Shown here: positions 9,845 through 19,813 of the stretch, in pieces
Position numbering within the stretch: position 1 is the first letter of the stretch
How the letters are laid out: each line of letters opens with the position of its first letter
Source: a virus
Lineage: Duplodnaviria; Heunggongvirae; Uroviricota; Caudoviricetes
Direction: 5' to 3' (one strand)
Length of the DNA: 64,000 nt
Virus record (IMG/VR): IMGVR_UViG_3300037067_009442
Span: 1-64,000 of that record
The notes under the pieces: generated by a model
Databases searched by the model: none
What the model was told of the DNA's origin: nothing
What the model saw: only the letters and a program-made list of their open reading frames with translations
Made by a program: the position numbers and the translations under genes

Positions 9845-10162
9845 TTGATGGCCGAAGACACTAAAGTCCACCTCACCGACACCAAGCTCCTTGAAGAGCT
9901 CATCGATAGCGAGAAGCTCAACCCAGAGGAGGAAGAGGCGTTCGCAGGGATGCTGAAGGACCTCACCTCCAAGAAGTACCACAAGCTCACTCAACGTCAG
10001 CGAGTCTGGGCAGAACTCACTCACAAGAGGTTCGGTTTGGATCCAGGGTCCGCTAACCTCGTAAGCTCAGGTCAGGTGAAGGTAACCGAGAAGGAGCGAG
10101 CAGGGCTCCAAGAGTTCATCACCTCTCTGGGCCCCAAGAAACTCAGACCTCCAGGTCGCTAG
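9845..10162 (+). CDS. hypothetical protein
   Basis: Protein-like ORF. Confidence 0.7.
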   Translation: MMAEDTKVHLTDTKLLEELIDSEKLNPEEEEAFAGMLKDLTSKKYHKLTQRQRVWAELTHKRFGLDPGSANLVSSGQVKVTEKERAGLQEFITSLGPKKLRPPGR

Positions 10163-10258
10163 TGGTTCAACCAGTTATTAATCCCTGACTCTAATGGGTC
10201 AAAAAACTATTTTGACTAAAAAGTTGAGATTTGCTGCCCTTATGAGTAGTAGTAGGTC

Positions 10259-11485
10259 ATGCCAACTCGGTACCTAGCGATTGCGGGGGAGATTGATGTC
10301 GTTGAGATCATCGAAGAGGGTACAGGTGGGATCCCAACTACCTTCATCCCTAAGAACCCTGTTGTTGTATCAATAGTCAGGATGGGGTATACCTTCGTGG
10401 CTAGTAAAGACCGACTTTTTGAAGATCGGTCCAAGGCAATCTTAGAAGCTCAACGGCTACGTCAAGAAGAGCTCGAAAAAGAACGGAATACTAGAGGACT
10501 CATGGCGAAGAAAGCAAGTAAGCAATCACCGTCCCTAATCAATAGAGGGGCTATCCCGAGTCCAAACCTACCCATCTCTGTGATGAGCGGGAGAACTGAA
10601 CCCGAGGAGTTATTCCGAGCGGGTTATGGGGATCAAGAGGGTTTGGGTACTGAGGAGGGGTCCTCAAGTGAAGAGGAGGCTGAAGAGGTCAGGGTCTCTG
10701 ATACCTGTGATACGGCTGCCCCAGCTTCGAAGCATGCTAAGCCCAAGGACCTAGTCCAAAACATGCAAAAGGTGATCGGGGCCGATACCCTTACCTTGCA
10801 AGGGTTGTACGACAGGTTGCGGAGTCAGGGCTTAATGCCTATGGCCAGCAACCCTATCGAATACATCCGGTACCACCTGTCAAAAAACCGGGACTTGTTC
10901 GATCGTCCCGAGCGGACAACTGTCTGCCTATTTGCAGGTAACCCCTTCCTGGTGCCGGCTCACCGACCCCTACCTGTAATCGAGCCAGAAGAAGCTGCTG
11001 AGCAAGAAGAGCCTGCTGATAGTGAGGTACTCACTGAGCAAGAAGAGCCTGAGGGTGAAGTACCCACTCAGCAAGAAGAGCCTGCTGAGGTTGTAACGAG
11101 TGAACCCGAGCCGACTCCAGCTCCGAAGGCAAAGGGCAAGAAGGGTAAGGGTGCCTCAAAGGCTAAGGTGACGGAGGGAGACCCCGCCACAGAGAAGAAG
11201 CTCGACCCCTACCGTACTTGGAATGGACTGCAACTGGAGATTATCAACTCGGAAGCTGGTAGGTACGAGGACGCCAACCTTCTAATGGTCGAGCAGAAGC
11301 GAGAGGGGATGTGGACTTGCTCTATTACTGTCTCTGGGATCAAGGAGGTATTCAAGGGTGCGGCCTCCAAGAGGAGAGACATTGCAAGGATCTGGTCGGA
11401 CAATAAAGTCCGGGAGTACATGAACCGGATCAACATTGTCACTCATCGAATCGGGATCCCAGCCAAGGTGAAGGTTGATGCCTAG
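10259..11485 (+). CDS. multi-domain protein with putative winged-helix domain
   Basis: Follows class A-like promoter at 10223; central segment paralogous to 12105 ORF; EQEEP repeats. Confidence 0.7.
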   Translation: MPTRYLAIAGEIDVVEIIEEGTGGIPTTFIPKNPVVVSIVRMGYTFVASKDRLFEDRSKAILEAQRLRQEELEKERNTRGLMAKKASKQSPSLINRGAIPSPNLPISVMSGRTEPEELFRAGYGDQEGLGTEEGSSSEEEAEEVRVSDTCDTAAPASKHAKPKDLVQNMQKVIGADTLTLQGLYDRLRSQGLMPMASNPIEYIRYHLSKNRDLFDRPERTTVCLFAGNPFLVPAHRPLPVIEPEEAAEQEEPADSEVLTEQEEPEGEVPTQQEEPAEVVTSEPEPTPAPKAKGKKGKGASKAKVTEGDPATEKKLDPYRTWNGLQLEIINSEAGRYEDANLLMVEQKREGMWTCSITVSGIKEVFKGAASKRRDIARIWSDNKVREYMNRINIVTHRIGIPAKVKVDA

Positions 11486-12074
11486 CCTCTGGAAGGTCCT
11501 TGGCCCTATCGCGTTCAAGGTAATGAGTGACGGTAGAAAGCGGAAGTTCGTACGGTGCAAGTGTCAGTGTGGCACCGTACGATATGTCCAGGAAGCCTCC
11601 ATCACTTCTGGACGAAGCCGATCTTGTGGTTGCCTAAGTAAGGAACATGGTGGGGTTCACCTCATTACCCACGGTCACGCTATAGGCGGAAGAACCCCTG
11701 AATACAGCGCCTGGTCGGCGATGCTCTCTCGATGCCGCAACCCCAATGATCATAACTACCCTCGTTATGGTGAGGTTGGTATTACTGTCATCAAGCGATG
11801 GTATAAATTCGAGAATTTCCTTAGTGATATGGGACCCCGCCCTCCCGGTTGGAGATTAGGTCGCCGGAATGTGAGGGGTAACTACACTAAGCTGAATACT
11901 GCTTGGGTAACCTCCTTGGAGGATGCTAATAATCGCCGCAGGTCCTGCTACATTACTTACCAGGGTAGTCGAATGACCGCTGCTCAATGGGGTATTCAGA
12001 TCGGTGTGTCGCCGAGTACGATCGCCAAACGAGTGCAAAAGGGATTGAAGGGTAAACGAGCCCTATTCGGCTGA
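11475..12074 (+). CDS. phage HNH-endonuclease-family protein, active site possibly degenerate
   Basis: CKCQCG, SCGC, EY.AW..M..RC.NP, F.NFL.DMG.RP, GNY...N..W. Confidence 0.8.
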   Translation: MMPSLWKVLGPIAFKVMSDGRKRKFVRCKCQCGTVRYVQEASITSGRSRSCGCLSKEHGGVHLITHGHAIGGRTPEYSAWSAMLSRCRNPNDHNYPRYGEVGITVIKRWYKFENFLSDMGPRPPGWRLGRRNVRGNYTKLNTAWVTSLEDANNRRRSCYITYQGSRMTAAQWGIQIGVSPSTIAKRVQKGLKGKRALFG

Positions 12075-12104
12075 CGCGAACAGGCGACCGGTGTACCTGG
12101 TAGT

Positions 12105-13016
12105 ATGACTCAGATTAATACTACCAAGCAAGCTCAACTCAAAGCCAAGATCCTAAAGGCCGTTGAGGGTCTCGAGAAGGAGACCAAACTAAGCCGACTT
12201 CAATGGCTATCCATGCTAGTTGAGGGAGCTGTAGAGACAGCTCCCCGAGCACCTACTCAAAAGAAGCCTGAGTCAAAGAAGGGGAAGGTCCTGGCTCAGA
12301 AGGGGGCTGTAGAAGGTCTAGCTCACATCCACCTTACAACTCGCCAACTTGCTAAGTCCAAGCAGTTTATTGAGTTGAACCCTGATTGCGAGGTGGACGT
12401 TGATACCACTAGAGGTGAGAGGGAGCTGTACTACCCACCAAGTAAATTGGAGGTAGTTAAGAACTTCCTTGCAGGGTGTCCGACGGGTGGGCGCAAGAAG
12501 AAGTTTGACCTTAGTGACTTGAAGCCCTGTATCTCAGGGGAGTCCACTATGAAGGGCCTGATTAAGAAGAAGCCTAATTCAGGGACTACTCAGAAGCAGA
12601 AGGTGATCAACCAAGTCGTGGAGATCCTCGCCGACCAGTCAATGACAATTGACGAGATTTACGGCAGATTGAAGATGATCGGGTGCTTACCAGGCGGAGC
12701 GTGGCCCAAGGGTTCTTTAGTAACCTATCTCAGCAAAATACCTGACTTAGTTACACACGACAAGTCAGCAGGACTCTACTACAGCACCTCGAGGTACCAA
12801 GGCGAGACAGAGGTGCCTCAGACCTCCATAGCGGACACTCTTGCTTTCGAGACGAACTTGTCCCAGCTGGTAGATAGTGTTAAATTCGTGACTCCCGTGG
12901 GGTCTTCGGAATCAGTGGAGTCTCTTCCCGTGGAGCCCCCAGAGTCAATGGGTCCTCCGGAACCTACCAAGAATCCTTCATTACCTGGGTTCTTTCCTCA
13001 TTGGGCCCGAGGCTGA
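12105..13016 (+). CDS. putative DNA-binding protein (winged-helix-like)
   Basis: Lys-rich; V.EIL....MT..EIY.RL segment; GGTGTA box 9 nt upstream. Confidence 0.65.
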   Translation: MTQINTTKQAQLKAKILKAVEGLEKETKLSRLQWLSMLVEGAVETAPRAPTQKKPESKKGKVLAQKGAVEGLAHIHLTTRQLAKSKQFIELNPDCEVDVDTTRGERELYYPPSKLEVVKNFLAGCPTGGRKKKFDLSDLKPCISGESTMKGLIKKKPNSGTTQKQKVINQVVEILADQSMTIDEIYGRLKMIGCLPGGAWPKGSLVTYLSKIPDLVTHDKSAGLYYSTSRYQGETEVPQTSIADTLAFETNLSQLVDSVKFVTPVGSSESVESLPVEPPESMGPPEPTKNPSLPGFFPHWARG

Positions 13017-13031
13017 TGGTGTAATACGGTC

Positions 13032-13559
13032 ATGCTCAACAGGATCGAAGCTATTAACGGGGACATTACAACGCTCGAAGTGGACGTCATTGTCAACGCT
13101 GCCAATGAGAGAATGCTTGGAGGCGGAGGTGTCGACCATGCCATTCACGCAGCAGCGGGTCCAGAGCTCCTAGAAGCCTGTAAGATGTTCCCCGAGGTCA
13201 GGCCTGACGTGAGGTGTCCAACTGGAGAAGCTCGCATCACAGCAGGCTTCAAGCTCCCTGCTAAGTATGTAGTTCACACCGTGGGACCCATCTGGAAAGG
13301 TGGGTCTAATCGTGAACCTGAGCTCTTGGCATCCGCTTACCTAGAGAGTTTGAAGTTGGCAGCTAGCTACAAGTCGATCGCTTTCCCATCCATCAGCGCC
13401 GGTGCTTATGGATACCCAGCAGCTCATGCTTGTGAGGTAGCTGTCCGTACGATCAAGGACTTCCTTAAGACCAACACAAGCCTCGAAAAGGTTTACCTTG
13501 TGTCGTACAACTCACCAGTGATCCTTGAACTACTGACTAGGATGATCCAGGTTATCTAG
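13032..13559 (+). CDS. macrodomain protein (O-acetyl-ADP-ribose deacetylase / ADP-ribosylhydrolase)
   Basis: [35 protein letters not shown]. Confidence 0.95.
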   Translation: MLNRIEAINGDITTLEVDVIVNAANERMLGGGGVDHAIHAAAGPELLEACKMFPEVRPDVRCPTGEARITAGFKLPAKYVVHTVGPIWKGGSNREPELLASAYLESLKLAASYKSIAFPSISAGAYGYPAAHACEVAVRTIKDFLKTNTSLEKVYLVSYNSPVILELLTRMIQVI

Positions 13560-14251
13560 ATCACTTCATCTCGTTCAAACCTAGTAGGAGGGGGCTCTCG
13601 AGAGGCTTCCTCTTTTTTAGGTTCAAGTCCAACTAGATGTCTTGGTACTTGAAGCCCATCGGTTAAGATCTGGGCAAGCTCGGTCTGATCAGTTTGTAGC
13701 GGAGTACGTCGGAACCTTCGAGCTTCATCTAACCTAAGTCTCTGCTCTGACGTTAGACCGGTAGCTTCGAGAGTCCTACGTCTTAGGTGTTGAGTTCGTT
13801 CTTCTGCTACCCTGGCAAGCTCCGTCGCTGAAGTAGGAGATCCCAGTATCCCTGGGGGTACACTAGGAGGAGGGTTGATAGCGTGCCTCTCAGTTAGGAT
13901 GTTGGGATTTTCAGAGAGAAACTCCTCTACTCTGTTATCCAACGCTGTCCGTAGAGAGCTAATAACTAAGTCACAGCTCTCTCGGTTCCAGGGCCCTTCT
14001 CCAAGTTGGGTACAGTTGAAGTTGGTGACTTGGTAAACCCACTGACTCATATCCACCAGTCCTGAGTCAGGATCAGAGTCAGGAGTCACCTCTAGGGTCA
14101 CCGAGATAGTAGGCACTAGAGCTTTTTGAAGGTTAGGAGGTTCACTAGCTTTCGCTCCCAAGGGAGCTTCGAGCTTTGAGTCTGCCACCCTATGATGTAA
14201 ACCACATTTCCAAGTGCAGCTACTAATGTTCCGAGTTGACTGAACCACCAC
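13556..14251 (-). CDS. hypothetical protein with C-terminal PTRFER tag (start uncertain)
   Basis: Ends [12 protein letters not shown]; true start probably downstream of listed start. Confidence 0.65.
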   Translation of the reverse strand: MVVQSTRNISSCTWKCGLHHRVADSKLEAPLGAKASEPPNLQKALVPTISVTLEVTPDSDPDSGLVDMSQWVYQVTNFNCTQLGEGPWNRESCDLVISSLRTALDNRVEEFLSENPNILTERHAINPPPSVPPGILGSPTSATELARVAEERTQHLRRRTLEATGLTSEQRLRLDEARRFRRTPLQTDQTELAQILTDGLQVPRHLVGLEPKKEEASREPPPTRFERDEVI

Positions 14252-14361
14252 GCAGCATCGAATCCATATCGAAGGTATACTAGAGGGCTAGCGGCCATAA
14301 TCAGCAACAGGGGAATGGTAAACGTTCGGCACTTATAGAAGAAGGTAGTGACAGCGTTCAT
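14116..14361 (-). CDS. small two-TM membrane protein
   Basis: Two hydrophobic helices, basic C-terminus. Confidence 0.65.
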   Translation of the reverse strand: MNAVTTFFYKCRTFTIPLLLIMAASPLVYLRYGFDAAWWFSQLGTLVAALGNVVYIIGWQTQSSKLPWERKLVNLLTFKKL

Positions 14362-14374
14362 GGTAACCTTTAAG

Positions 14375-14410
14375 GGAACGGGACCTACTAGCTATAACAG
14401 GTCCCGTTCC
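14375..14410. terminator. 12-bp stem hairpin between genes
   Basis: ggaacgggacct ... aggtcccgttcc; no clear U-tract. Confidence 0.5.
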
Positions 14411-14433
14411 TCAGGTCGACTACGTCTTGCTAT

Positions 14434-14820
14434 TTACGAGTAGAGTGGGTCAAAGGAATTCGTCTGCTCTACTACAGCAGGCTTGGTAGGAGCCTTCTTG
14501 ACAGTCTTCTTGACAGTCTTCTTGACAGCCTTCTTGACAGCCTTCTTGACGGTCTTCTTGACAGTCTTCTTGACAGCCTTCTTGACAGTCTTCTTGACAG
14601 TCTTCTTGACGGTCTTCTTGACAGCCTTCTTGACGGTCTTCTTGACGGTCTTCTTGACGGGGATCTTCTTCACAGGCTTCTTAACACTCTTCATTTTGGT
14701 CTGGTCTTTCTGTGGACTGGCCACCTGGTCTTGTACACCGAACGATAGGTCTGGTATATCAAAATCGAAGTAGACGTCCGGTTGACTTACAGGCATACTC
14801 CGCTCGGTAAATGAGGCCAA
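14434..14820 (-). CDS. histone H1/Hc2-like Lys-rich repeat protein
   Basis: 14 tandem VKK[T/A] units; start may be the ATG at 14796. Confidence 0.8.
   Translation of the reverse strand: MASFTERSMPVSQPDVYFDFDIPDLSFGVQDQVASPQKDQTKMKSVKKPVKKIPVKKTVKKTVKKAVKKTVKKTVKKTVKKAVKKTVKKTVKKAVKKAVKKTVKKTVKKAPTKPAVVEQTNSFDPLYS
14491..14658. repeat. 12-nt tandem repeat x14 encoding VKK[T/A]
   Basis: Repeating cttcttgac core with variable 3-nt spacer. Confidence 0.9.
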
Positions 14821-14824
14821 CTAA

Positions 14825-15334
14825 ATGGCAGATCCTACAGATGTTGAGGACTATTGGAGTGATCGTCCCAAAAGAGAGCCAGAGCCCCTTAGGACTGTCC
14901 GAGTAAACGTCCTAGTAGATGGGGTCCCTATCGGCGATCCGTGCATGATGGTTGGTGTTCAAGAGGCTCCAATCTTCACTGAGATCGAAGACCAGGGTGA
15001 GCGAATAGTTGTAGGTCGAGTCACTAGGGCGGAAGCCGTGAATGCGGGTTTCAGACTTCTCTATGGTGGTGAAAGAGAAGATCCTCCTTCCAGGAGAGAG
15101 TTGATTAACGCAGCCGCCCAAGACCTAGTAGACGATCAGCAGGTACTGTACCTTCAACATGCAGTGCTGCTAATGGATAGCCTAAATGAAACTCTTCTTC
15201 GATCTGGAGTAGTTTACAACTTCGAAGCCTTAGTTGACTTGATCACTGATATGGCTGTCCAATTAGGTCAAGATGTGGGTTTCGTCAATAACGTAGTAGG
15301 CAGCATACCTCCCCTGGAGAATCCATTTGCCTGA
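14825..15334 (+). CDS. hypothetical protein with N-terminal DVEDYW tag
   Basis: MADPTDVEDYWSDRP. Confidence 0.75.
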   Translation: MADPTDVEDYWSDRPKREPEPLRTVRVNVLVDGVPIGDPCMMVGVQEAPIFTEIEDQGERIVVGRVTRAEAVNAGFRLLYGGEREDPPSRRELINAAAQDLVDDQQVLYLQHAVLLMDSLNETLLRSGVVYNFEALVDLITDMAVQLGQDVGFVNNVVGSIPPLENPFA

Positions 15335-16448
15335 AGACCACGACATAGAGTCCTTCTGGGAAGATCGGGTAAGGCTGCCAACGGAGGTACCTTCTACTAG
15401 AGGGAACCCCAGTGGTTTTGTCATACTTCGGATCTTGACAAGAGTTCGGGATAGCAATGCCCAACTTATCGGGAGTAGTCGAGCGAGAGGTCCCGCTGAG
15501 TTGATCCTTATCTTCCTAGAGGTTCGCATTAAAGAGGACGAAGGAAGATGTCCCGACTACAATGAGACAAGACAGTACTTTCTCGAGCTAGGTCAGACTG
15601 ATGCAGTTCGGGTCCTTGATAATATCGCTCAAGGGTACAGCTACCCTTCGACAGTGACTGGTGAGGATATTCTAGGTGTACTTAAGGGGCTCTACACTTG
15701 GAGGAGTATGGATGGTCTTGGGGCAGACATGATCATCCATAGGTACATTGAGGATTACTATAATGTTCAGCATCAGTACCCGAACATCTCTTTCATCATG
15801 GGGTACCTACTTGGGGAAGAAGTAGCTCGTTCTATCAGTAATAGCCAGCTGAGGGATCGTCTTCGGGAGCTAATTGTGATGGCAGGGGGGAGCATGGCCA
15901 TCGCTACCCCAGCACGTCTCCCTATGGCTCCCCCAGCAGAGTATCTAGGGTGGTCGACTGCAGATGAGTTAGACGGGATCGGTCAAGAACCTCCCTCTGA
16001 TGGTAGGCAAAGTGAGTTTGCCCAAGTAACTTGGGATCCGGATCACTTAGCCCTACCCGGACACATCTCCGCGAACGAGCGAAGAATCCACCTTAGGAGA
16101 TGCGCTCTTCTTTTAGATGCTTTGATCCAATCCTCCCATGAACTTGGGGACCCCTTGGACCCCCAAGCAGTTACTACTCTAACCCAAGACTTGGATCGGA
16201 GATCTCGAGGAGACCGAGTACTTCAGCCCAATTGGCAGCAGGGGTTAGTACATGAGTTCCGAATCGAATTCCTACCTCTTGACGCTCCGCCTTTAGAAGG
16301 TAGGCCCGCAGAACTCTATCCTCTACAGTCCTATGCTTACGGTCCCCCGATGGCTCCTTTGACAACCCAAGCAGCACCTTCACCTGAACCGGATCTTGTA
16401 GAGGTAAGGAGATTACTAGAAGATGACCCTACCAATTTCCTTGAATGA
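15327..16448 (+). CDS. hypothetical protein with N-terminal DIESFW tag
   Basis: MPEDHDIESFWEDRVR; shares a helical segment with 14825 ORF. Confidence 0.75.
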   Translation: MPEDHDIESFWEDRVRLPTEVPSTRGNPSGFVILRILTRVRDSNAQLIGSSRARGPAELILIFLEVRIKEDEGRCPDYNETRQYFLELGQTDAVRVLDNIAQGYSYPSTVTGEDILGVLKGLYTWRSMDGLGADMIIHRYIEDYYNVQHQYPNISFIMGYLLGEEVARSISNSQLRDRLRELIVMAGGSMAIATPARLPMAPPAEYLGWSTADELDGIGQEPPSDGRQSEFAQVTWDPDHLALPGHISANERRIHLRRCALLLDALIQSSHELGDPLDPQAVTTLTQDLDRRSRGDRVLQPNWQQGLVHEFRIEFLPLDAPPLEGRPAELYPLQSYAYGPPMAPLTTQAAPSPEPDLVEVRRLLEDDPTNFLE

Positions 16449-16635
16449 GGATGTTGAGTCGTACTGGGAAGCTATTCGACCTCACCTTAGTAGATCCGCT
16501 CAACTGAAGAGAGCTAAAGAAGAGTTCTTTCGGGAGAAATTCCCCAGCGGGTATCATATCCCTAAGATCAAATTCTACAATGACCTAAAGAACTACATCA
16601 AGGTCAAGGTACCCGGTCATGAGCGAGGATATTGA
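16423..16635 (+). CDS. small protein with N-terminal DVESYW tag (start possibly TTG 16441)
   Basis: NEDVESYWEAIRP. Confidence 0.65.
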   Translation: MTLPISLNEDVESYWEAIRPHLSRSAQLKRAKEEFFREKFPSGYHIPKIKFYNDLKNYIKVKVPGHERGY

Positions 16636-17047
16636 GGAGTACTGGGAGCGGTCTACTGCCTCCTCTGATGAGCCTATACCTGTGAGGGTACAAAAGGCCA
16701 AGCCACCGCCGACGCCCGCTCCTTACACTGAGGTAGAGCGAGAGAGGCTTTACATACAGAGTTCCCTTAGTCGCATCCCAAGTGAAGAAGAGCACCTAGA
16801 TCCAACACGAATCGAAGGGGCTCGCTACTTGAATGTCGTAGATAGGATGATGGCTAGTGACTACTTTGGCCACCCTTGTAGGGTATTTGCACCTCGATGG
16901 TTTGAGGTTCACCGATGGTTCTGGTGGCTGTTCATCGCCAATAGTTGGATGTCTGGGTACGAGTGGACTGCAGTAGGGAAGTTCCCATCAGGGTTCGTTC
17001 GAGCTATCAAGGAGAAGCCGGGTAGGTCAGAGGGGATACCCTGGTAA
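16619..17047 (+). CDS. hypothetical protein with N-terminal DIEEYW tag
   Basis: MSEDIEEYWERS. Confidence 0.75.
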   Translation: MSEDIEEYWERSTASSDEPIPVRVQKAKPPPTPAPYTEVERERLYIQSSLSRIPSEEEHLDPTRIEGARYLNVVDRMMASDYFGHPCRVFAPRWFEVHRWFWWLFIANSWMSGYEWTAVGKFPSGFVRAIKEKPGRSEGIPW

Positions 17048-17108
17048 ACCCCGCATGATTAGAGTGTCCTCGGTTGACAGCTGGGGATAGACCTAGTAGA
17101 TTCAACCT

Positions 17109-17411
17109 ATGGCTGTCAGCTCTACCTATACCCTAGGAAACGCGGAAGAGAAAAACAAGGCCCATCCAACTACCTTCTTCATTCCCTCATGGGAACTGCG
17201 AGATGGGGTGACAGTAGGTACCCTTGTCAAACTCCTGTTTGAGGGGGTTGACGGACGAAGCGAACGTATGTGGGTTAAGGTTACTGAGGTTCTGTCGGGC
17301 CCTCAGTTCAAGGGGGTATTGGATAATGACGCCCTAAGCCCTCATCTTCCTAAGTGCGGGTCTGTCATTGAGTTTGGACCCGAGAACATCCTCAGTATCT
17401 ACGACATGTGA
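17109..17411 (+). CDS. DUF2314/YegJ-like protein
   Basis: ERMWVKV...FKGVLDND...IEF.PENI; TTGACA-type promoter at 17074. Confidence 0.6.
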   Translation: MAVSSTYTLGNAEEKNKAHPTTFFIPSWELRDGVTVGTLVKLLFEGVDGRSERMWVKVTEVLSGPQFKGVLDNDALSPHLPKCGSVIEFGPENILSIYDM

Positions 17412-17935
17412 TAGATCTGAACAGCATGGCCATCTTCATGCCATTGGATCTGACCCTTCAACACGGAGAAGGCAGTCAGGTATACAAGTGCAACCAGGCA
17501 TACAAGTGCAACCAGGAACTTCCTGGGTACGAGTTAGCTTTGGTAGTGGTCTACCATAAGATGGTGTTGGTCCTGGAGTATATAGGTCCAGGGTTGGAGT
17601 ATCTAAAGGATGACGGCTTCCTCGAGGAACACCTGAAGGAAGCTATCACCGATGAAGTAGATGGGGTCTACCTATGGAAAGGGATACTGGAGACCCGATC
17701 CAGTTGGGACTACTACAACGGGGATGGTGACTGCGAGGAATGGTTGGAGGGTACCTTCACCAAAGTTACAGAAGAAGAGTGGAAGCTTAACCTCGAGGGG
17801 GAGTACCTTTGGGACCCTACCCTTTGGCTCCTTAGCAAAGAGGAGACCGAGGAGCTTCTTGCTAAGAAAGAGGTGGAGTACCAACTGAAGTATGGATGGC
17901 CACCTACGAGGTTTCAGCGAGAGCCGGTTGTGTAG
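17408..17935 (+). CDS. hypothetical protein, paralog of 52196 ORF, with C-terminal PTRFQR tag
   Basis: IGPGL.Y, GV..W.G, L.GTF, EEW...LEG...WDP shared; ends PPTRFQREPVV. Confidence 0.8.
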   Translation: MIDLNSMAIFMPLDLTLQHGEGSQVYKCNQAYKCNQELPGYELALVVVYHKMVLVLEYIGPGLEYLKDDGFLEEHLKEAITDEVDGVYLWKGILETRSSWDYYNGDGDCEEWLEGTFTKVTEEEWKLNLEGEYLWDPTLWLLSKEETEELLAKKEVEYQLKYGWPPTRFQREPVV

Positions 17936-18271
17936 TCACTCAATTGAGTCAAGTACAGCCTGATACTCCGCAATCGCATCTGCAACTTCTTTGGGGGGCG
18001 TGACTGGGGTGAGAGTCTCGGCTGGGACTGTTCCGTAGTCGTAGTCAATCCCATCAAGGGCGTGACTCATGCTTGAGGAGTCTGCCCAGGGATCAGCTTG
18101 AGCATGCCTCAGGAGCCTCCCAAGAGCTTTTTGAGTGTGCTCCCCAATCACCTCAAGCTCCATGCAGCGGCGGCCCCTGTGGCCTGCATCCTGAAGGTTA
18201 GTCACCGTAACTGAGTTAGTCTTCAGTTCGATCTTCCAAAACCCAATTACAGTGACTTCCCCGGGGTTCAT
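17936..18271 (-). CDS. hypothetical protein
   Basis: Packed ORF. Confidence 0.65.
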   Translation of the reverse strand: MNPGEVTVIGFWKIELKTNSVTVTNLQDAGHRGRRCMELEVIGEHTQKALGRLLRHAQADPWADSSSMSHALDGIDYDYGTVPAETLTPVTPPKEVADAIAEYQAVLDSIE

Positions 18272-18444
18272 CGACGACGAGCTCGAACTGGGAATAGCTG
18301 ACGATCAATCCGGTCGAGTGTAGGAAGGAGTGCTACTACTCCTAGGCAGAGTGCTACTCCCCACCAACAGCGAGTGATAGCTGCGTTCCAAACTGCTCCA
18401 AAGAGGAAGACCACTTTCCATGACGGTGCTTTTGGGATTCTCAT
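18268..18444 (-). CDS. 58-aa membrane protein (not in ORF track)
   Basis: MRIPKAPSWKVVFLFGAVW...; ATGA overlaps with both neighbours. Confidence 0.6.
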   Translation of the reverse strand: MRIPKAPSWKVVFLFGAVWNAAITRCWWGVALCLGVVALLPTLDRIDRQLFPVRARRR

Positions 18445-18662
18445 GATTTCTTATCTACTTCAGAACCAAGAAGGTCAATTGTCCACATTGCATAGTGTGC
18501 CTGCTTGAGCTGATCCGGCGTAGGGGGTGTGAATGTTCCAGTGAGCTCGAGAGTTTTACCCATATTAGAGAAGGGCTCAAGAGCTTCCCTTGCAAGAAGC
18601 AGGGCCCGCTCTACTGCTCTGATAGGTGGGATCTTTCGGGGGTACTCAGGTTCCTTATTCAC
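18441..18662 (-). CDS. hypothetical protein
   Basis: Translationally coupled ORF. Confidence 0.6.
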   Translation of the reverse strand: MNKEPEYPRKIPPIRAVERALLLAREALEPFSNMGKTLELTGTFTPPTPDQLKQAHYAMWTIDLLGSEVDKKS

Positions 18663-18976
18663 CGCTGCTTGACTCTCTTCACTCGAGTCCGAAGCCCAGA
18701 CCCTGGGTAGATCTCAGCTTCAGTGCGAGAGATGTTCCCGTTTTCGAGGGCACCCTTGACGATGAGCTCGGCGGCTTCAATCATGGATAGTCCTGTGGCC
18801 CAGGGGGGTTGTGCCACTTGAACACACCATTCCTGTAGCTTCATTTGGTTCTCGTCCTTCATTCGACTAGAACCAAACCGAGGTACCCGCATGGGGCACT
18901 TCTTGCCAGTGATTGACTCAAGAGCCTGCTTGAAGTAGTTAGCAACGACGGGTCGCTTCTTCGAGTTCCGTTTCAC
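18659..18976 (-). CDS. basic hypothetical protein
   Basis: Packed ORF. Confidence 0.6.
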   Translation of the reverse strand: MKRNSKKRPVVANYFKQALESITGKKCPMRVPRFGSSRMKDENQMKLQEWCVQVAQPPWATGLSMIEAAELIVKGALENGNISRTEAEIYPGSGLRTRVKRVKQR

Positions 18977-19592
18977 AGGGTGCCTCCATTACTACAAGAT
19001 CGTCAAAGAGTTTGAGGGGTTCTCCGTCAGGGATGGTTCCTTTTTCTACCATTCGGAGAAGGTATCTGAGTTGGTTCTCGGTTAGGTCCCCAATTGTGAT
19101 CCCGTATCGGATCTCCCCAGAGGGTAACATCGAGGAGTGAGCAGACCTATGGTGGTTCGGAAAGTCCCCCATGATCTTGCTCCAAGCCGCTACTTTGGCT
19201 TCTACCCTAGCAGCCCTTTCCTGCTTTCGTTGAAAAGCAGTCTTAACCCAATCATGCTGGCGTTGGAACTCCTTGAGAAGCTCCCCCTCAAGATCCTCAA
19301 GACTCTCATCAAGAGTACACCCGCGGTAGAGGATCTCCCCATCATTCTCGAGGCGGATAGTCTCGAAAACGTATGTCAACTTCCCTGGATTGCAATGTAG
19401 ATCTTCGATAGCGGAGACCGACCGATATGACTCAGGGGTATGCACCACAAGGATTCGGTGGTACCAATTCGAGCCTGTACTAACTTCGATACCCAACCCC
19501 AGGGCTTTAGCCCCAAGGCTACTGAGGGTATCTAGTGCTCTTACGGTTACCTCGGGTGAGCTGTACTTTGGTTCGTGATCGGTTGTCAGCAT
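18939..19592 (-). CDS. hypothetical protein
   Basis: 217-aa ORF, loosely similar layout to 34873 and 35514 ORFs. Confidence 0.7.
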   Translation of the reverse strand: MLTTDHEPKYSSPEVTVRALDTLSSLGAKALGLGIEVSTGSNWYHRILVVHTPESYRSVSAIEDLHCNPGKLTYVFETIRLENDGEILYRGCTLDESLEDLEGELLKEFQRQHDWVKTAFQRKQERAARVEAKVAAWSKIMGDFPNHHRSAHSSMLPSGEIRYGITIGDLTENQLRYLLRMVEKGTIPDGEPLKLFDDLVVMEAPCETELEEATRRC

Positions 19593-19813
19593 TATTTTTC
19601 CTAGCTTTAGCTCCAGCGATGATGCACCTTACTGAGGCTTGTCATGACATTTGGTGGAGTATAAGTTAACTACCTCCCAGATGCACTAGAAAAAAGTCTA
19701 ATCTCTCGGTTCACGTGGGACTTCAAGCACTTACCTTGAGATCCAAGTTCCCACCTGACTCAAAGGGCAGGTTTTATTAGACATTAGGGTCGACCTAGGG
19801 TAGCCTGGCCCTA

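Noticed and set aside
14491-14658. Tandem repeats as a CRISPR array (also 32544-32633)
   Set aside because: No unique spacers; in-frame coding repeats
14483-14773. Hydrophobic FLTV-repeat ORF on + strand
   Set aside because: Antisense shadow of the Lys-rich repeat gene
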